64,000 nt of DNA from Hypanus sabinus (taxonomy: Eukaryota). Below are positions 39,890 to 54,081 of the stretch, piece by piece. The first letter of the stretch is position 1, and the number at the start of each line of letters is the position of its first letter. Position numbers and translations under genes: made by a program. The DNA lies in assembly GCF_030144855.1 (NCBI RefSeq), contig NC_082714.1, positions 93,496,001 to 93,560,000 of the forward strand, given 5' to 3'. The notes under the pieces are model-generated. The model made no database searches and was not told where the DNA came from. It was given only the letters and a program-made list of their open reading frames with translations.

Positions 39890-40560
39890 AATGAAGTTAT
39901 TATTCAAATATTAGCATTCCCATTGTTTTATTATTGTCATATGCACCAAGATATTGTGAAAAGCTTGTATTACGTACTGTGTAGACTGATCAAATCATTA
40001 CATAATATACTAAGGTGGAATAACGTTAAAAAATAACATTGTAGAATACAGTGTAAGAGTTACAGAGAAATGCAGTTCTGGTAAACAATGAAGTGCAAAT
40101 CATAACGAGGTAGAATCCAAATTCAGGAGTGCATCCATACCAGTGTCTCATAACAGTAGATAGGAGCTTCCCTTGGTCCTGGTGGTGCGAGGTTTCATGG
40201 CTTTTGTGTCTTCTGCCCGTCGGGAAAGCGAAGCAGAGAGAATGTCCAGGGAGGGTGGGGTCTCTGATTATGCTTTACAGAGGCTGGTTTCCGTGGCATG
40301 CTAAGTTATGTCCTCAATTCACTGCCGTTTCTTATGGCTATGGTTATGCAGTTCGCCGCAGACCCGTTTCGACGGTAGGCCAATTGCAGTGAGTGGAGGT
40401 TTTCTGGTAATCTAGAGTAGATTATGATCAGCCTATAGAATACCCTCCTAATGTCAGATGTTGAACCCACAGTGCGGTAGTCTTTAAAACACGTCATTTT
40501 ATTTTTGTTGAGTATCGGATATTGGTCAACTTAAAGCAAGCGGGAATTGCAGCTTGATAT
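39890..40560 (-). mobile_element. Rex1/Babar-like LINE 3' fragment
   Basis: Reverse complement resembles the RT C-terminus and 3' UTR of the 50548-53774 element; strongly decayed. Confidence 0.45.
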
Positions 40561-40599
40561 AGGTGGACGTTAAATATCCCTGTCAGTTGATCCGTACAG

Positions 40600-41070
40600 G
40601 ATCTAATGCCATGGCCAAGGACACAATCAGGGCATGAACTAGAAAATGCTTAATAGATGCTGCATAGATTTGACGAGAGATTGTGCAGACTAGGGGTATT
40701 CTCTGGAACGTTAGAGATTGAAGAGTGACCTCATCGAGATATATAAGATCAGGAGATGAATCAACAATGCGAAAGCATATAGACCTTTTTTTTTCAGATA
40801 GCGCAAAAAAGGGGGAGGTTTAATATCAGAAGCGAGAGATTTAAATCGAAATTCAGGAGCAGCTTTTCGCGCAAAGATTTGGAAGAAGCTGCCAGAAATA
40901 GTGAACAAGACACCTACATTAAAAGAATTTAAAAACCATCTATCAAAGCTGGGTAGGAGCGGTTTAGCGGTCTGTGCGTCAAACGCGGGAAGATGGGACG
41001 AGCTCGCGGACAAAACAGTGGACATGGAGTAGCTGGGCCAAAAGGCCTGTTTCCGCGTGTATGACGTCAC
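40600..41070 (+). mobile_element. CR1 3' fragment
   Basis: ggggtattctctggaacgttagagattgaagagtgacctcatcgagatatataag encodes the CR1 LER-RL-DLIE motif. Confidence 0.7.
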
Positions 41071-41339
41071 GACGGCTTCCGAAAAAGACACGGAAATTGG
41101 TTGTGGAGACCGAGCCCCAGTTACCAAAGATTCAGAACAGGGAACAAAGGGGATTTGTGCAGGAGGTTGTTGGAAGCAGTACATTGCAGAATACAGCACA
41201 GGAACATGCCCTTCGGCCCACAATGTATTCGCCGCACACAGCGGCAAACTAATCTAATTCTCGACTGCCTGAACGTGATTCATGTACTGTATTGTTCATG
41301 TTTTTGTCGAACAGACTCTTAAATGCCTCTGTCATAAAC

Positions 41340-41506
41340 ACCAAAGGTTCTGCAGATGCTGGAAATCCAGAGGACCTCACACAAAATGCTAGACGATGTC
41401 AGCAGGCCAGGCACCATTTGTGGAATAAAATAATTAAACGTTGACTGATTATTCTCCTTCATAGACGCAGCCCGACCTTCTGAGTTCCTCCAGCATTTTG
41501 TGTGTG
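41340..41506. mobile_element. Non-autonomous Penelope-like/foldback repeat
   Basis: Imperfect inverted arms cacacaaaatgctagacgatgtcagcaggcc (from 41378) and cccgaccttctgagttcctccagcattttgtgtg (to about 41506); related to 42169-42330. Confidence 0.55.
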
Positions 41507-41519
41507 TTATTCTTAAACG

Positions 41520-42060
41520 CCATTCTCGTATCAGCTTCCATTATCTCCTTCGACAGCCCATACAAGGCACCCATCACTCTCTGTGTAAATAACCTACCCT
41601 ACATATTCTGCTTAAACTTCCTCCATCTTATCTTAAATCCTCTATCATTAGGCATTGCCATCCTGCGTTCTATTACGTCTCAGCTCTCACTATCTTTCAA
41701 GATTTGAGCGGGTCGTCTCTCACCTTCAGACTCTGCTGAGAAAACAAATAAAATATCCACGCTCTCCATGTGGGTCATGCTGTCTAATCCGGGCAGAATA
41801 CTGACAAACTTTCTCTACACCCTTCCCAAAGTCTCCGCATCCTACCTGTAATGGGGTGACCAGAACTTCACACAATATATTCCAGAACCGCCAACAATAC
41901 ATTAAGCAGCTTAACCAAACTTTAATACAGTTGCTCATATTCTCAATGCTCCGACCAATAAAGGGACGAATTTCATATGCATTATTTACCACCTTATTTA
42001 TAACTGTGGCTACTTTAAAAGAGTTAAAGACTTCGAACACAATATCCCTCTGCAAAGTTA
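41520..42060 (-). mobile_element. CR1 3' fragment
   Basis: ORF 41726-42055 (-) resembles the CR1 ORF2 C-terminus. Confidence 0.65.
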
Positions 42061-42168
42061 GGATTTTAGGTGTCCTGACGTAAGCCGTATAGACTCCCCT
42101 TATATTTCAACATTTCCCATCTGGCAGTGTAAAACCACACAGATTTGCCTGGAAAAAAATCAATCCCG

Positions 42169-42330
42169 AATACAGGAGATTCTGCAGATACTGGAGGACA
42201 CACGTAAAATGATGGAGAAATGCAGCAGACACACACCAACTGCTGGAGGGACACAGCAGCCCAGGCACGTCCATGGAAAAGACTGGAGTCGACGTTTCGT
42301 GCCGAGTCACGTCAGCAGAGACCTATCTTT
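42169..42330. mobile_element. Penelope-like repeat fragment with a decayed hammerhead-like core
   Basis: Same family as 41340-41506; reverse complement of 42288-42315 is CTGACGT-GACTCGGCAC-GAAAC-GTCGAC. Confidence 0.5.
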
Positions 42331-42959
42331 ATGTGTGCATATGACAAGCTTTTCGACCAAAATAACAGATCCAATTAGTGCAATCGTACACTCAATGTAA
42401 TTGATTTATAATTGTACCGATGAAAAAAAAAATCTTTTTCTGCGTTTCATTTATACAGATCATTTTATCACATCAGTATAACTCTTACTGTTTGGTGGCT
42501 GCTCCCTCCGTTCCTTCCTCCTCCTTCAACTCTGTTCAACACTTCACACCTTCCTCTTACCCTCGTACCAAGCTTTTGTTTAGCTTCAATTTTTATGTAA
42601 CTGTCCAGAATGAATCCTGAGAGGCAGGGAGCCGCGGTCCCCACTGAGCCGTCTGCAAGCGAAAAGTTAAACTGACTAGTGTCTATCAATTGCCATTACA
42701 CTGAAAACAAGAGACACCGACCCATCAAGAACAGTCACCATAGCCGATTTGTGGAAGCTTTCTGTGTACATATTGGACGGTGTCTTTTCAACGTTGCAAC
42801 ATTGATTATAAAAACACACCTTGTGTTGGGAAAGGCGCGCAAGAGGCGTGGAACATGTTGGAAGAGTGTGTTCGTCATTGATAAAACTTGTTGGGAAGGG
42901 AGTTCATAAACTCCCTTCGAATGGCTTTTCTTGACTTTCCCTCGTCATTGATTCGCTTC

Positions 42960-43560
42960 CCAGACCATAGCAAACAGGGGCAGGATTAGTCCATTCGGCC
43001 CAGAAACTCTTAAACCATGCCATTATGGCTGACTTACTTTTCCTCTCAAACCCATTCTTCTGCCCTCTTTCATTAACCTCTGAAAACCTTCCGAGTTAAC
43101 AACCATAAATCTTCTCTTTAAGTATACCCAATGACTCGGTTTCTACAGCTGCCTGCGGCAATGAATTCCAAAGAATCACCACCTTCTGGCTAAAGAAATT
43201 CCGCCTCATTTCTGCTCTAAAGGGACACCCCTCTATTCTGAGGCTGCGAACTCTGTTCATAGCCTACCCCATTCTTAGAAACATCCCCTCTATTTAGACC
43301 TTACAATACTCGACAGGTTTCAATGAGAACCCCCCACCCCCCCGATTTTTCTGAACTCCAGCGAGAATACAGGCCCATATTTATCATCGCTCATCAGACA
43401 TTAACTCATTCATTTTTGGAATCATTCTCGTGAACCTCCTAAGGACCATCTCCAACTCCAGGACTTTATTTCGTAGATATGGTTGCTCAGAGCTTCTCAC
43501 AGTACTCCAGGTGATGTTTGACCAATGCGTTACAAAGGCTCAGTATTGCATCCTTGCTTT
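42960..43560 (-). mobile_element. CR1 3' fragment
   Basis: Tail cagaccatagcaaacaggggcaggattagtccattcggccc followed by reverse-complement ORF2 3' sequence. Confidence 0.75.
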
Positions 43561-45379
43561 TTAGTCAGTAGCTTCGGCGTCCATTGCCTCTCGCCTGGTT
43601 CCAACATAAGCAACGGCACCCGGAAACATCTGCACACCCACCCTATTGAAAACTTTCAACATTAACATTAACCCCGATAAGTTCGCCGCCAACACAATCC
43701 ACTCATTTTACTTCTCCGGAGAAACATTTCCTGGTATAATTAGGACTGCTGATGAATCTAATCAGCCTTCTGCTCACAGTTTCCCATCCTAGGTTCAGCA
43801 CTGCGAAAAGTACTCGAAGTGTGATCTGACCAAAGCTAGAAGACGTGCATTTTTAGGTGTTTGCAAACCACCATCTATGTGTACCTGGCTCAGAGTAAAC
43901 AGGAAACCCGCAACGCGCCTCTGCCTGTTTCCAATACAACCAAACATTTATTAATAAGGATTGCGTTTGATTTTCATCAATTAAATAGGATCTCACCCCT
44001 CCATTGCATCGACCGTACAAGGCGATGATTACGCGACTGTGATTAACACCCAGAGTTTAACTCAGTCAAAAACAATGAGCTGCTTGGCGGTCTTCCAGCT
44101 CTCTCACCTACTGCAAGTTTTGCGACCCGAATGTCTTGTGGAAGGGTTTGGGCAGCTAATTCAAAAGGCATAAAAGCAAATTGGTAGAATAAGTAAGTAG
44201 TTTCTAATACCAAAGCTCATATACTTCAAGGGGAAAACGGCTAATTTCAAAGGAGATATGAAGAGCGGGGTTTTACACAGATTGTGGTGGGAGCCTGTAA
44301 TGTAATGGGGTGGTGTGAGAGTGAGACACATTTGGGGCTTTTAAGAGTCGTTTAGTTATGCTTATGGATGTGAGGACAATGGCCTCATGAATGTAGTCAG
44401 GAGTGATTAGACTGGTAGTTAATTATTAATGTAATTGGTTAAGCACAACATTGTGGGCTGAAGGGCCTGTTACTGTGTAACAGTTGTCACGTACACGCAA
44501 CACAGTAAAAGTATCAGCAGCAATAGAACACTGGAGATTGGTTTTGCTGCTAACAAAACTCTATTTCATTAGAACCACGCAATATAGTAACTTAAAGCAG
44601 ATAAATCAAGAGTTAACGGTGTTATGCTTATATAGGCGTAAATATTCAAATTCCCTAACTTTTTCAACTTAGGTGGTAAGTGATACAGTCTTACGGTGGC
44701 ATGTAAGAACGTTCTGTTCAGTTCATAGGTTAATTAATGCGAGATATTTGTAATCCAAAGGCAAATGTTGTGAGAAGGCAATTACGTCGATATTCCACAG
44801 ATTCCACGACATCAATACAAAATAAGAGCAGCAGTAGGGTTTATCTCCGAAGTTGTTCCACTGTACACACGAAGTATAACCGACAGTGATCTTCAACGAA
44901 GTCAGCTATGGGACATCTCAAGGTGGTGGCCACAGGATACTCAAACAGAATCGACGAATGGATTATCAGCAACAGTAGCTTGTCACAAAGGGGACCATCT
45001 TCAAGGGAACTACCATTCAAGCAAGGGTCTACACACTGGTAGATTCCACAAGGTTACCCCCATCACACAACACGTGATAGCCACTTATCCAGTTCCACAA
45101 TATGCGAAATAACTCCAACAGTGATTTGCCACCGGGGTGTCTTCTTCAGTGAACTGCCACACAAAGACACAAGGATAAACACATACGTGGTATTCACAAA
45201 GGTTTTCCTCTCATCAGAGAACCCGGTCCAGTTGATTAACTATGTGACAATCACACTTTGCTATTCGAATGTAAACAACCTCACCCTGATGACGTTTTTC
45301 CTTCCGCAGTTGTTAGCCCTTAAGTGGGTAACAGTCAGGAGAGGGAAGGGCAAGAGTCAGATACCATAGAGTTACCCCT

Positions 45380-45900
45380 GCGGCTGTCCCCCTTAACAAT
45401 AACTACTCCTGTTTGAGTACAGTTGAGGTAGACGGCCTACCTGTAGGAGGCAACAGTGGCCGCGACTCTGGCATAGTCTGGCCATGTGCTTCACAATGGT
45501 AGGGAAAGGAAGAAGGCAGCCGTGATAGGGGACCCCATATTTACGGGGTCAGACAGGCGATTCTGTGGACGCAGCAAAGAAACACGGATGTTAGTTTGCC
45601 TCCCAGGTGCCATGGTCTGGGATGATCGCAGGATTACTGTCGGTGCCACGCGACAGTGAGTATAGGAATAAAGTGAGCTGGAGGATAAATGCGTGGCTGA
45701 AGGATTAGAGCAGGGGGAAGGGATTCAAAATTCTAGATCATTAGGACCTCGTTACGGGCAGGCATTGCATGTACCCTAAGGATGGGTTGCACTTGAATCG
45801 GAGGGGGTCCAATATCCAGGTAGGAAGGTTTGCTCAGCCTATTGGGGAGAGTTTAAACTCGAATTGCTGGGGTTTGGGAACCAGACCCTCCATCCGTTGC
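45380..45900 (+). mobile_element. CR1 ORF1 (esterase) fragment
   Basis: gtgataggggaccccata...gacaggcgattctgtgga...gtttgcctcccaggtgcc and gatgggttgcacttgaat (DGLHLN). Confidence 0.7.
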
Positions 45901-46933
45901 TTGAAATGACAAGGAGAAACTCTGATGTACGGAGATGGAGGTGATCCCGTCAACTAACAGCGGCGAAGTGAGAGAATGCACGAGGGGACGGAGGGTATTT
46001 GAAGACACCATTGTCAATAACTCCACGGTATTGGTCTCCAATTGAAATGATGGGGATTTCCTCTGCTTAAGAAGGCACACAGTCAAATGTTTACAGAATG
46101 TAAACACATTCGGCAAGAAAGACAATGAAACCAGTTTGATTACAGTCAGTCGATCAGTGCTTTAGATATAAAAATATTGGGTTCCGGTGACGTCATCTCT
46201 CAGGATGGCAGTTAAGTCAATAGCTCCTCCGGAAAAACGCATATCTTGCCCCGTTAATCCATCAAATACCAGATCTTTCGAGAATATCTGAATTGATAAA
46301 GGGAGCAAGAATGGGGAAAAAGAATGGAGATTAAAAAAGCGTCACTGTGGAGCATATGGATAAGAGGGTTGCATCGAGTGGCTCTCCTACCCGAACGCGT
46401 GGCAGCGAGGCTTACGATGGGCTTCGTTCAGGCGAAGCTGCAAATATGATCAAAATTCTGGAAGAGATACGGGAGTTCCAAAAAGATATTAACCAGCAAG
46501 TACATGATATCAAGTTAGAGCTCGTCAACGTCAATCAAAAATAGCGATGGCAATCGCGTGCAAAATGTGGAACATATACTAAGTAAGACGATAAAAGTAT
46601 TAAATCAACAAGAAAGTAAACTGATTGACTTGGAGGGAAGATCACAGCGGAAAAATATCCGGATATACAATGTTCTCGAAGGAGCGTAGGGTTTGGCTGT
46701 GACGGAGTTTGTAAAGTTTCTGCGGGACGCTCTGTAGCTTCCCTCGACTATGGAGCTTGAAATTGAGAGGGCGCATCATGCGCTCACCTCGCGGCCTACT
46801 GGAGACAGAGATGATAAGCCACGCTCAATAGTAATTAGATTTCTTCATTACAATACCGAAGGGCCTGGGGAAAGAAGAGGGTGTTTTTGGATGGTAAATT
46901 AATATATTTCGATCAAGATTACCACTCCCCACA

Positions 46934-47540
46934 GAGACATAGAACATAGAACAGTACAGCACAGTTCAGGCCCTTCGGCCCACAATGTTGTGCTGACCCT
47001 CAAACCCTGCTTCACATCTAACCACCCCACCTTAAATTCCCCCATATACTTGTCTAGAAGTCTTTTAAACTTCACTAGTATGTCCGCCCCCACCACTGAC
47101 TCAGGCAGTGCATTCCACGCACCAACCACTCTCTGAGTGAAAAACCTTCCTCTAATATCCCTCTTAAACTTCCCTCCCCTTAACATAAAGCCATGTCCTC
47201 TTGTACTGAGCAGTGGTGCCCTGGGGAAGAGGCGGTGGCTCTCCACTCTGTCTATTCCTCTTAATATCTTGTACACCTCTATCGTGTCTCCTCTCATTCT
47301 CCTTCTCTCCAAAGAGTAAAGCACTAGCTCTCTTAATCTCTGATCATAATCCATACTCTCTGAACCAGGCAGCATCCTGGCAAATCTCGAATGTACCTTT
47401 TCCAATGCTTCCACATCATCCCTATAGTGAGGTGACCCAAACTGGACACAGTACTCCAGTGTGGCCTAACTAGTGTTTTATACAGCTGCATCATTACATC
47501 GCGTCTCTTACAATCTATCCCTCGACTTATGAACCTTGAG
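46934..47540 (-). mobile_element. CR1 3' fragment inserted in L1 ORF1
   Basis: Tail acatagaacatagaacagtacagcacag; ORFs 46899-47414 and 47333-47608 (-) encode the CR1 ORF2 C-terminus. Confidence 0.9.
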
Positions 47541-50000
47541 TGTATGTAACGTACACTCTGAAGTAATGAGAATTTTAAAGCAAAGAAAGATAAGATCTCA
47601 AACTCCATACTCTGCTAAATTTCGGGTGCTTTATGACAATGGGATCCCACTGTATCAGACAGCGGAAGCGGCGACTACAGACTGGAAGGCCAGAGGGTTG
47701 CCCGTCAGTGTGATCCAACCGAGAGAAAGCCTGTCTGAGCAGATATCCCGTTCTGATTGGGAAATATTGCGATAACCGACAAAGCAGGGGTCTGGAGGAG
47801 GGCGAGAGAAATATATCAGTAAGAGACTGTGAGTTTTCCGAAGGCAGCCCTCATCCCTCCTGAAGAGCCAGAAGGTTTAGCGAACTTTCAAAGGGTTGAG
47901 AAGCTAAATGGAAGCAAAAATAGACAGTAATATCCCTATCTCGAGAAATACTTACTATAATGTGGATTTTATATTACTCAATTATTCTTTTTTATTCATT
48001 CATTCATTCCTTTTTTCCCACCTAAATGAGAATATATATATAGGAATATACAGGGAAATCTTATCTGTGTAATGGATATAGATTTGTTTACTTACTTTTA
48101 TGGGTACTGCAATGGGAGCCCTCAACTCACAGGGAGAAGGGGTTATCCCCCAGAGCTGGACTTTTCCTCTAGCTCAACACAGTGTCTTCGATGGAGACAT
48201 CAGCCTTGGAATCACACTTTCGTTCTCTTTTTTAAATTATTATTCGCGTTTCTTGGTTCTTAATTGTCCAGTGAGTAGATCGATTGATCGTTATTCCGCT
48301 AATTTCAATGATATCTTAACAGATAAATACACGTGGCTAAGGACAAAGTAAAATTAATTTCTTTTAACGTCAATGGGCTGTTAAATCCAACCAAACATAG
48401 TAGAATTCTATTCAAAATGAAATAAGAACAAGCCCTTGTAGTATATTTACAGGAAGCTTACGTAAGTGACAATGAGCATGTAAAACTAAAGAGAATAGGT
48501 TTCACTAATATGTTTTTCTCCTCATATAAATCAGGACATAGGAGACGAGTTGCTATTCTTATCTCAAATAAGCTAAATCTTGAAAAAGAATTGAAATGGT
48601 GCTGGGGGGTGGTGACGATAGACGGAAATTCAGTTACTCTATTGACTATATACGCACCCCCAGGAAGTGATATTGGTTTCTTTCAAGAAGTTACTAATGT
48701 TATGATAATGGAAACAGAAGGTCTCCTGATATGTGGGGGAGACTGAAATTTACATTGCAACCAATGTTAGAGTCTTCCAGTAGAAAAAACTATGTAACAA
48801 AATCCTTTCATAAGAAAGTTAATACACATTTTGAGGTTGTTGGTCTAATTGATATACGGAGCGACCTTTAGCCTCAAAAGAAGGGATTACAATCATTATC
48901 CTCCCCCCCCCCATTCTGTATATACAAGAATAGACTATTTCATAACATTTGGAAAAGAGAAAGGCAAAATAAACACCTGTGGAATTGGGACAATAGATGG
49001 AAGTGACCATGCACCTATATATTTATCTGTTGATTTTGACCTACAGCCAAATAATACTATTTAGAAACTAAATTCATGTCTGCTCAATGATCCCTATTTT
49101 AAGGAATAAATTAAAAAAATGAAATTGGTCTTTACTTAGAATGCAATGATAACGGAGAGGTTGCACCTCCTATTCTAACGGATACTCTGAAGGCTGTTTC
49201 AAAACGGAAAATTATAGCGATATCTTCATATAAGTAAAAAAAAGGAACAAAATATTACAGGAATTACAAAATAGGCCGAAGAAACCAGAAAAAAATCACA
49301 AATTGAATTTGGCACAGGATACACTAGAGGAAATTAAAATAATTAGTGATGAAATTATTAGTTTGGCTATGCAAGAAATCAGGAGAAATTTTATGTTTCT
49401 GAAACAGAGACATTATGAAAGTAAATCTAAGTCTATGAAAATACTGGCGTGGAAACTGAAAAAAAAGATAGCAGAAAATACAATACATAGAATTAATAAT
49501 CCAAGAACAAAATGATAAAAAGAAAATAAGTTAAGTGAAATCCAAGAAGCTTTTTAAGTATTTTACAAAACTATATTCCTAAGTTCCAGGGGAAAACATA
49601 ACCCAAATTGACACCTTCCTGAATGTTCTAGAGTTACACACTTTAAGCGAAGAACAAAATAGAACGATGACTGCTAACATAACTGAAGTTGAATTATAAG
49701 CTGCAATTAGTAGGGTTAAATTAAGCGAGTCCCCAGGATCTGATGGGTATACAGCAGAGCCGTACAAAGAATCTAAAAATGAGTTAATTTCTGTCTCACT
49801 CCCCACACTGAACTGGGCTCTAAAAAAAGGATACAAATGCCACCCAACTGGAAGGAAGAGATAATCTCAGCTGTTCCGAAAGAAGTCAAGCATAAAGTGG
49901 AATGTGGGTCATTTAGACCAATATCCGTTCTTAATGTAGAATATAGATTATTTAGCTCCATCATGGTCAAATGATCAGTAGAATTTCTACCCATACTGAT

Positions 50001-53000
50001 TGTTACATACCCCGTGGGTATCTTGTGACTGTGTTATCAAAATGATGTATTTGAGTATCTGGTGGGCATGGTGTAATGGTGTTGTGAAGGTGGAGTGATG
50101 TAATTTTCAGCCAGTTTGAAGTCACGTGATGACCTGTTCCAACAGGTAGAAATGGGAAAGCCTGCTGTGACGCAGGAGATTTTTGTGGTGAGACGTCGTT
50201 AAATACTCCGTTATGCTGCGTATTTGATTGCATGACGCAGTTTCGTTTTAAAATGGAGTCTTAATTTCTACTGTAAGAATCTCAAAGGTTATTGCCGGCA
50301 TTTTCCAAAACGCTGCCAGTTGTGGTTTGATTTAATTTTAGTCTAAGTATTGGAGAGTGAAGATTGTACCGAAGTACGGGAACCCAGAAGGATCCAGTAA
50401 AGTTGGTGTCGTCGGCATTTTAATACAGGATTTATTGGTCTTCCTTACAGGAAGCAGTAAATTGCAACCGAGATAACTCTTGCATTTTAGTAAGAGCAGA
50501 AAGGGTTGGGAGCAGCGTTATTCGTTCAAGGAAAACGTCCTTTCCTTGAAGCCGTTTTTATTGTCCCAAGAGGCGGCGCGGCACGGCAACAGCGGCCTTT
50601 CAGACCGGGTGTTACTTTAATTTAATTTTCGATTTTAAGTTTGATACTCAATTTTCGATCAGGGCACATGGATAACAGAGCGGCTATCTACACTCGCCAG
50701 ATACTTCTACAATACAGAGATCGCCCAAAAACAAACCTCCACAAAGATCTGCTGGCTGAATTACGCGACTACGGCTTGCTGAGCGGAACATTCCTCGGTT
50801 TGCCTGATGCTGGTAGCCGGAGATGGAGACGACAAAAGCGATGTGCGATGAAGCAGAAGCGAGGCCAACGTGCAGGTGTCCGTGCCAGGCTAAAAGCAAA
50901 CCCTAGCCGGCCGGCTCTCCCGTCCATTCTGCTCTCCAATTTCCGCTCCCTGGACAATAAAATGGACTACATCCGACTCCAACGTAATACTCGGCGGGAG
51001 TACAGAGTTTGTTCCGCGACTGTCTTCACAGAGACATGGCTCACTGATGGGATTTCGGACGCTGCCATCCAGATGGAAGGGCTAACTTTGATTTGTTCGG
51101 ACAGAGATGCATCTCTCTCCGGTAAGACTCGCGGTGGTGGCTTGTATGTTTACATCAACTAAAATAGTGTAAGAACTCTGTGCTGGTTTGTAGACACTGC
51201 TCATCTCTAGTGGAGTTTGTGGCAGTTCGCTGCAGACTATTTATTTGCCCAGGGAATTCACCTCTTTCCTTATATTCGGTGTGTGCATCCCCCCGCCCAC
51301 CCCCAGCGCTAATGCTAAAGAGGCGCTCTATGAACTGTACGGGGCTATTAGCACACCTTGATGGTCTGTTTATTGCCACCGGTGATTTTAACCACGCGAA
51401 CCTTAAGTCAGTGCTCCCCAAATTCCATCAGAACGTGCACTTTGGAGCTAGAGGGGAGAACGCGCTGGACCTGGTTTGCACAAACATCCCCAACGCGTAC
51501 CGGGCAGTGCCCCGCCCCCACCTCGGATACTCAGACCACATCTCTGTTATGCTAATCCCAGCATACAGACCACTCATCAGGCGCTCCAGAACTGTTCAGA
51601 AGCAGGTGGAAACCTGGCCAGCAGGAGCCATCTCTTCTCTTCAAGACTGCTTTGATCACACTGACTAGCACATGTTCAGGGAGGCTGCAACCGATGGCGA
51701 CTCTACCAACTTAGGGGAGTACACAGCATCAGTGACGAGCTACATTAGCAAGTGCATTGATGATGTTGCTCTGCCCAACACCGTCACTATACGTGCAACC
51801 AGAAGCCATGGATGACCGGAGAGGTACGTGCGCTGCTGAGCTCCCGCGACTCCAAGGCAACTCTAACAACAGCAAGGGCCAAACTGTCCCGAGCCATCAG
51901 AGGGGCAAAGCGTGCACACGTCTAGCTAACGCACAGCCACTTCCAGGACAGCGGAGATACGCAGCGCATGTGGAAGGGCATCCAGGACATCACCAATTAC
52001 AAGACAACATCACCTAACTGTGCAGGAGATGCCTCGCTCCCTGATGCGCTGAATAACTTCTACGCCCGGTTTGAGGCGGAAATGACGTGGCGGCGAGGAA
52101 GTCCATCCCTCCTACAAATGACCAGGTGCTGAGTCTCACCGTTGGTGGCGTGAGAAGAACCCTGTGCAGAGACAACCCACGGAAGGCTGCTGGACCAGAT
52201 AACATCCCTGGTAGAGTGCTCAGAGAATGTGCAGACCCGCTAGCAGATGTTCTCACTGACATCTTCAACATCTCCCTGAGCAGCGACACCATTCCAACAT
52301 GCTTCAAGGCCGCCACCATCGTCCACGTGCCGAAGAAGTCTTCAGCGTTCTGCCTAAATGACTACCACCCCGTTGCACTTACATCCATCATCATGAAGCG
52401 TTTTGAGAGGCTCATCATGAGGCATATCAAAACCCTGCTGCCCACCTCAATGGACCCCCTGCAGTGGTCCCGTCCCAATCACTCAACATATGAAGTCATT
52501 ACCACCACACTCCAACTGGCCCTAACCCACCTGGACAAAAAATACATATACGTTCGGATGCTGTTCATAGACTTCAGTTCAGCATTCAACACAATCATCC
52601 CTCAGAAACTGTTTGGAAAGCTGAGCCTACTCGGCCTGAACACCTCCCTCTACAACTCGATCCTAGACTTCCTGACTGGGAGACCTCAATCAGTCCGGAT
52701 CGGCAGCATCATCTACAACATGATCACACTGGGCACGGGGGCTCCCCAGGGTTGCGTGCTCAGTCCACTGCTGTTCACTCTGCTGACCCACGTCTGTGCT
52801 GCAACACAGCTCGAACCGTATCATCAAGTTCGCTGATGACACGACTGTGGTGGATCTCATCAGCAAGAATGACGAGTCAGCTTACAGAGAGGAGGTGCAG
52901 CGGCTAACGGACTAGTGCAGAGCCAACAACCTGTCTCTTAATGTGAACAAAACAAAAGAGATGGTTGTTGACTTCAGGAGGGTACGGAGCAACAACTCCC

Positions 53001-54081
53001 CGCTGAACAACGACGGCTCCTCGTTAGAGATGGTAGAGCACCAAATTGCTTGACGGAGAATCTCACCTGGTCCCTCAGCGCCACCACCATAGCAAAGAAA
53101 GCCCAGCAGCGTCTCTACTTTCTGCGAAGGCTGAGGAAAGTCCATCTTCCACCCACTATCCTCATCACGTTCTACAGGGGTTGTATTGAGAGCATCCTGA
53201 GCAGCTGCATCACTGCCTTGTTCGGAAATTCCACCATCTCGGATCGCAAGACCCTGCAGCGGATCGTGAGGTCAGCTGAGAAGATTATCGGGGTCTCCCT
53301 TCCATCGTTCACGGACATTTAAACTACATGCTGAATCCGAAAATGAAACAGCATTATGAAGGACCCAATGCACCTCTCATACAATGTCCTCTCCGTCCTG
53401 CCATCTGGGAAAAGGCTCCGAAGCATTCGGGCTCTCACGAACAGACTATGTAACAGTTTCTTCCCCCAAGCTATCAGACTTCTTAATACCAGAAGCCTGG
53501 ACTGACACCTTGCACTATAGTCCTGTTTATTATTAATTGTAAATGCCTGCACTTGTTTTGTGCACTGTATGCAGTCCTGTGTAGTCTAGTCTAGTCTGCA
53601 GTCTAGTGTAGCTTTCTCTGTGTTTTTTTATCATGTAGTTCAGTCTAGTTTTTAGTACTGTGCCATTTAGCACCTGGTCCTGAAAAACGTTGTCTCATTT
53701 TTACTATGCACTGTACCAGCAGTTATGGTCGAAATGACACTAAAAGTCACTTGACTTTACTTGATTTGACTTGATTTCCTTCGTCGTAAATCCTTCGGGT
53801 AAGACATATTTCGGCTAGAATCAGCAGTAACGTCACGTCGTCGAGGAATTCGTTTAATCAGGAAAGTCTCTCCTAATTGACTGTGTAAATCATTCGGACT
53901 TTCGCATATACCAATTTAAGGAATGTTCGAGTTGCCGTATAACAGTTAACTTCCGGTTAAGTTAGTCAAATTTTACTTGTCATTTTTTATTGAGCAATGT
54001 TTAATTAATATTTAATTTGTTTATAAAAAATCTGTCTCAATTCTATATTTAATGTTGCCGGAGACCTACGATAGCATAGCA
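50001..54081. mobile_element. Solo LTR (about 850 bp) split by a Rex1/Babar LINE; 5-bp TSD
   Basis: Begins TGTTAC and ends TAGCA; CTGAT at 49996-50000 and 54082-54086; the L1 sequence is continuous across the site compared with copy 1 (3931-3960). Confidence 0.7.
50548..53774 (+). mobile_element. Rex1/Babar-clade LINE (APE + RT, frameshifted)
   Basis: [79 protein letters not shown]; (ACTTG)n-type tail 53748-53774; candidate TSD TTTCCTT at 50541-50547 and 53775-53781. Confidence 0.85.

Noticed and set aside
50526-50550. TTCAAGGAAA...TTTCCTTGAA inverted repeat
   Set aside because: Straddles the Rex1 insertion junction and is partly created by it; no independent function supported.
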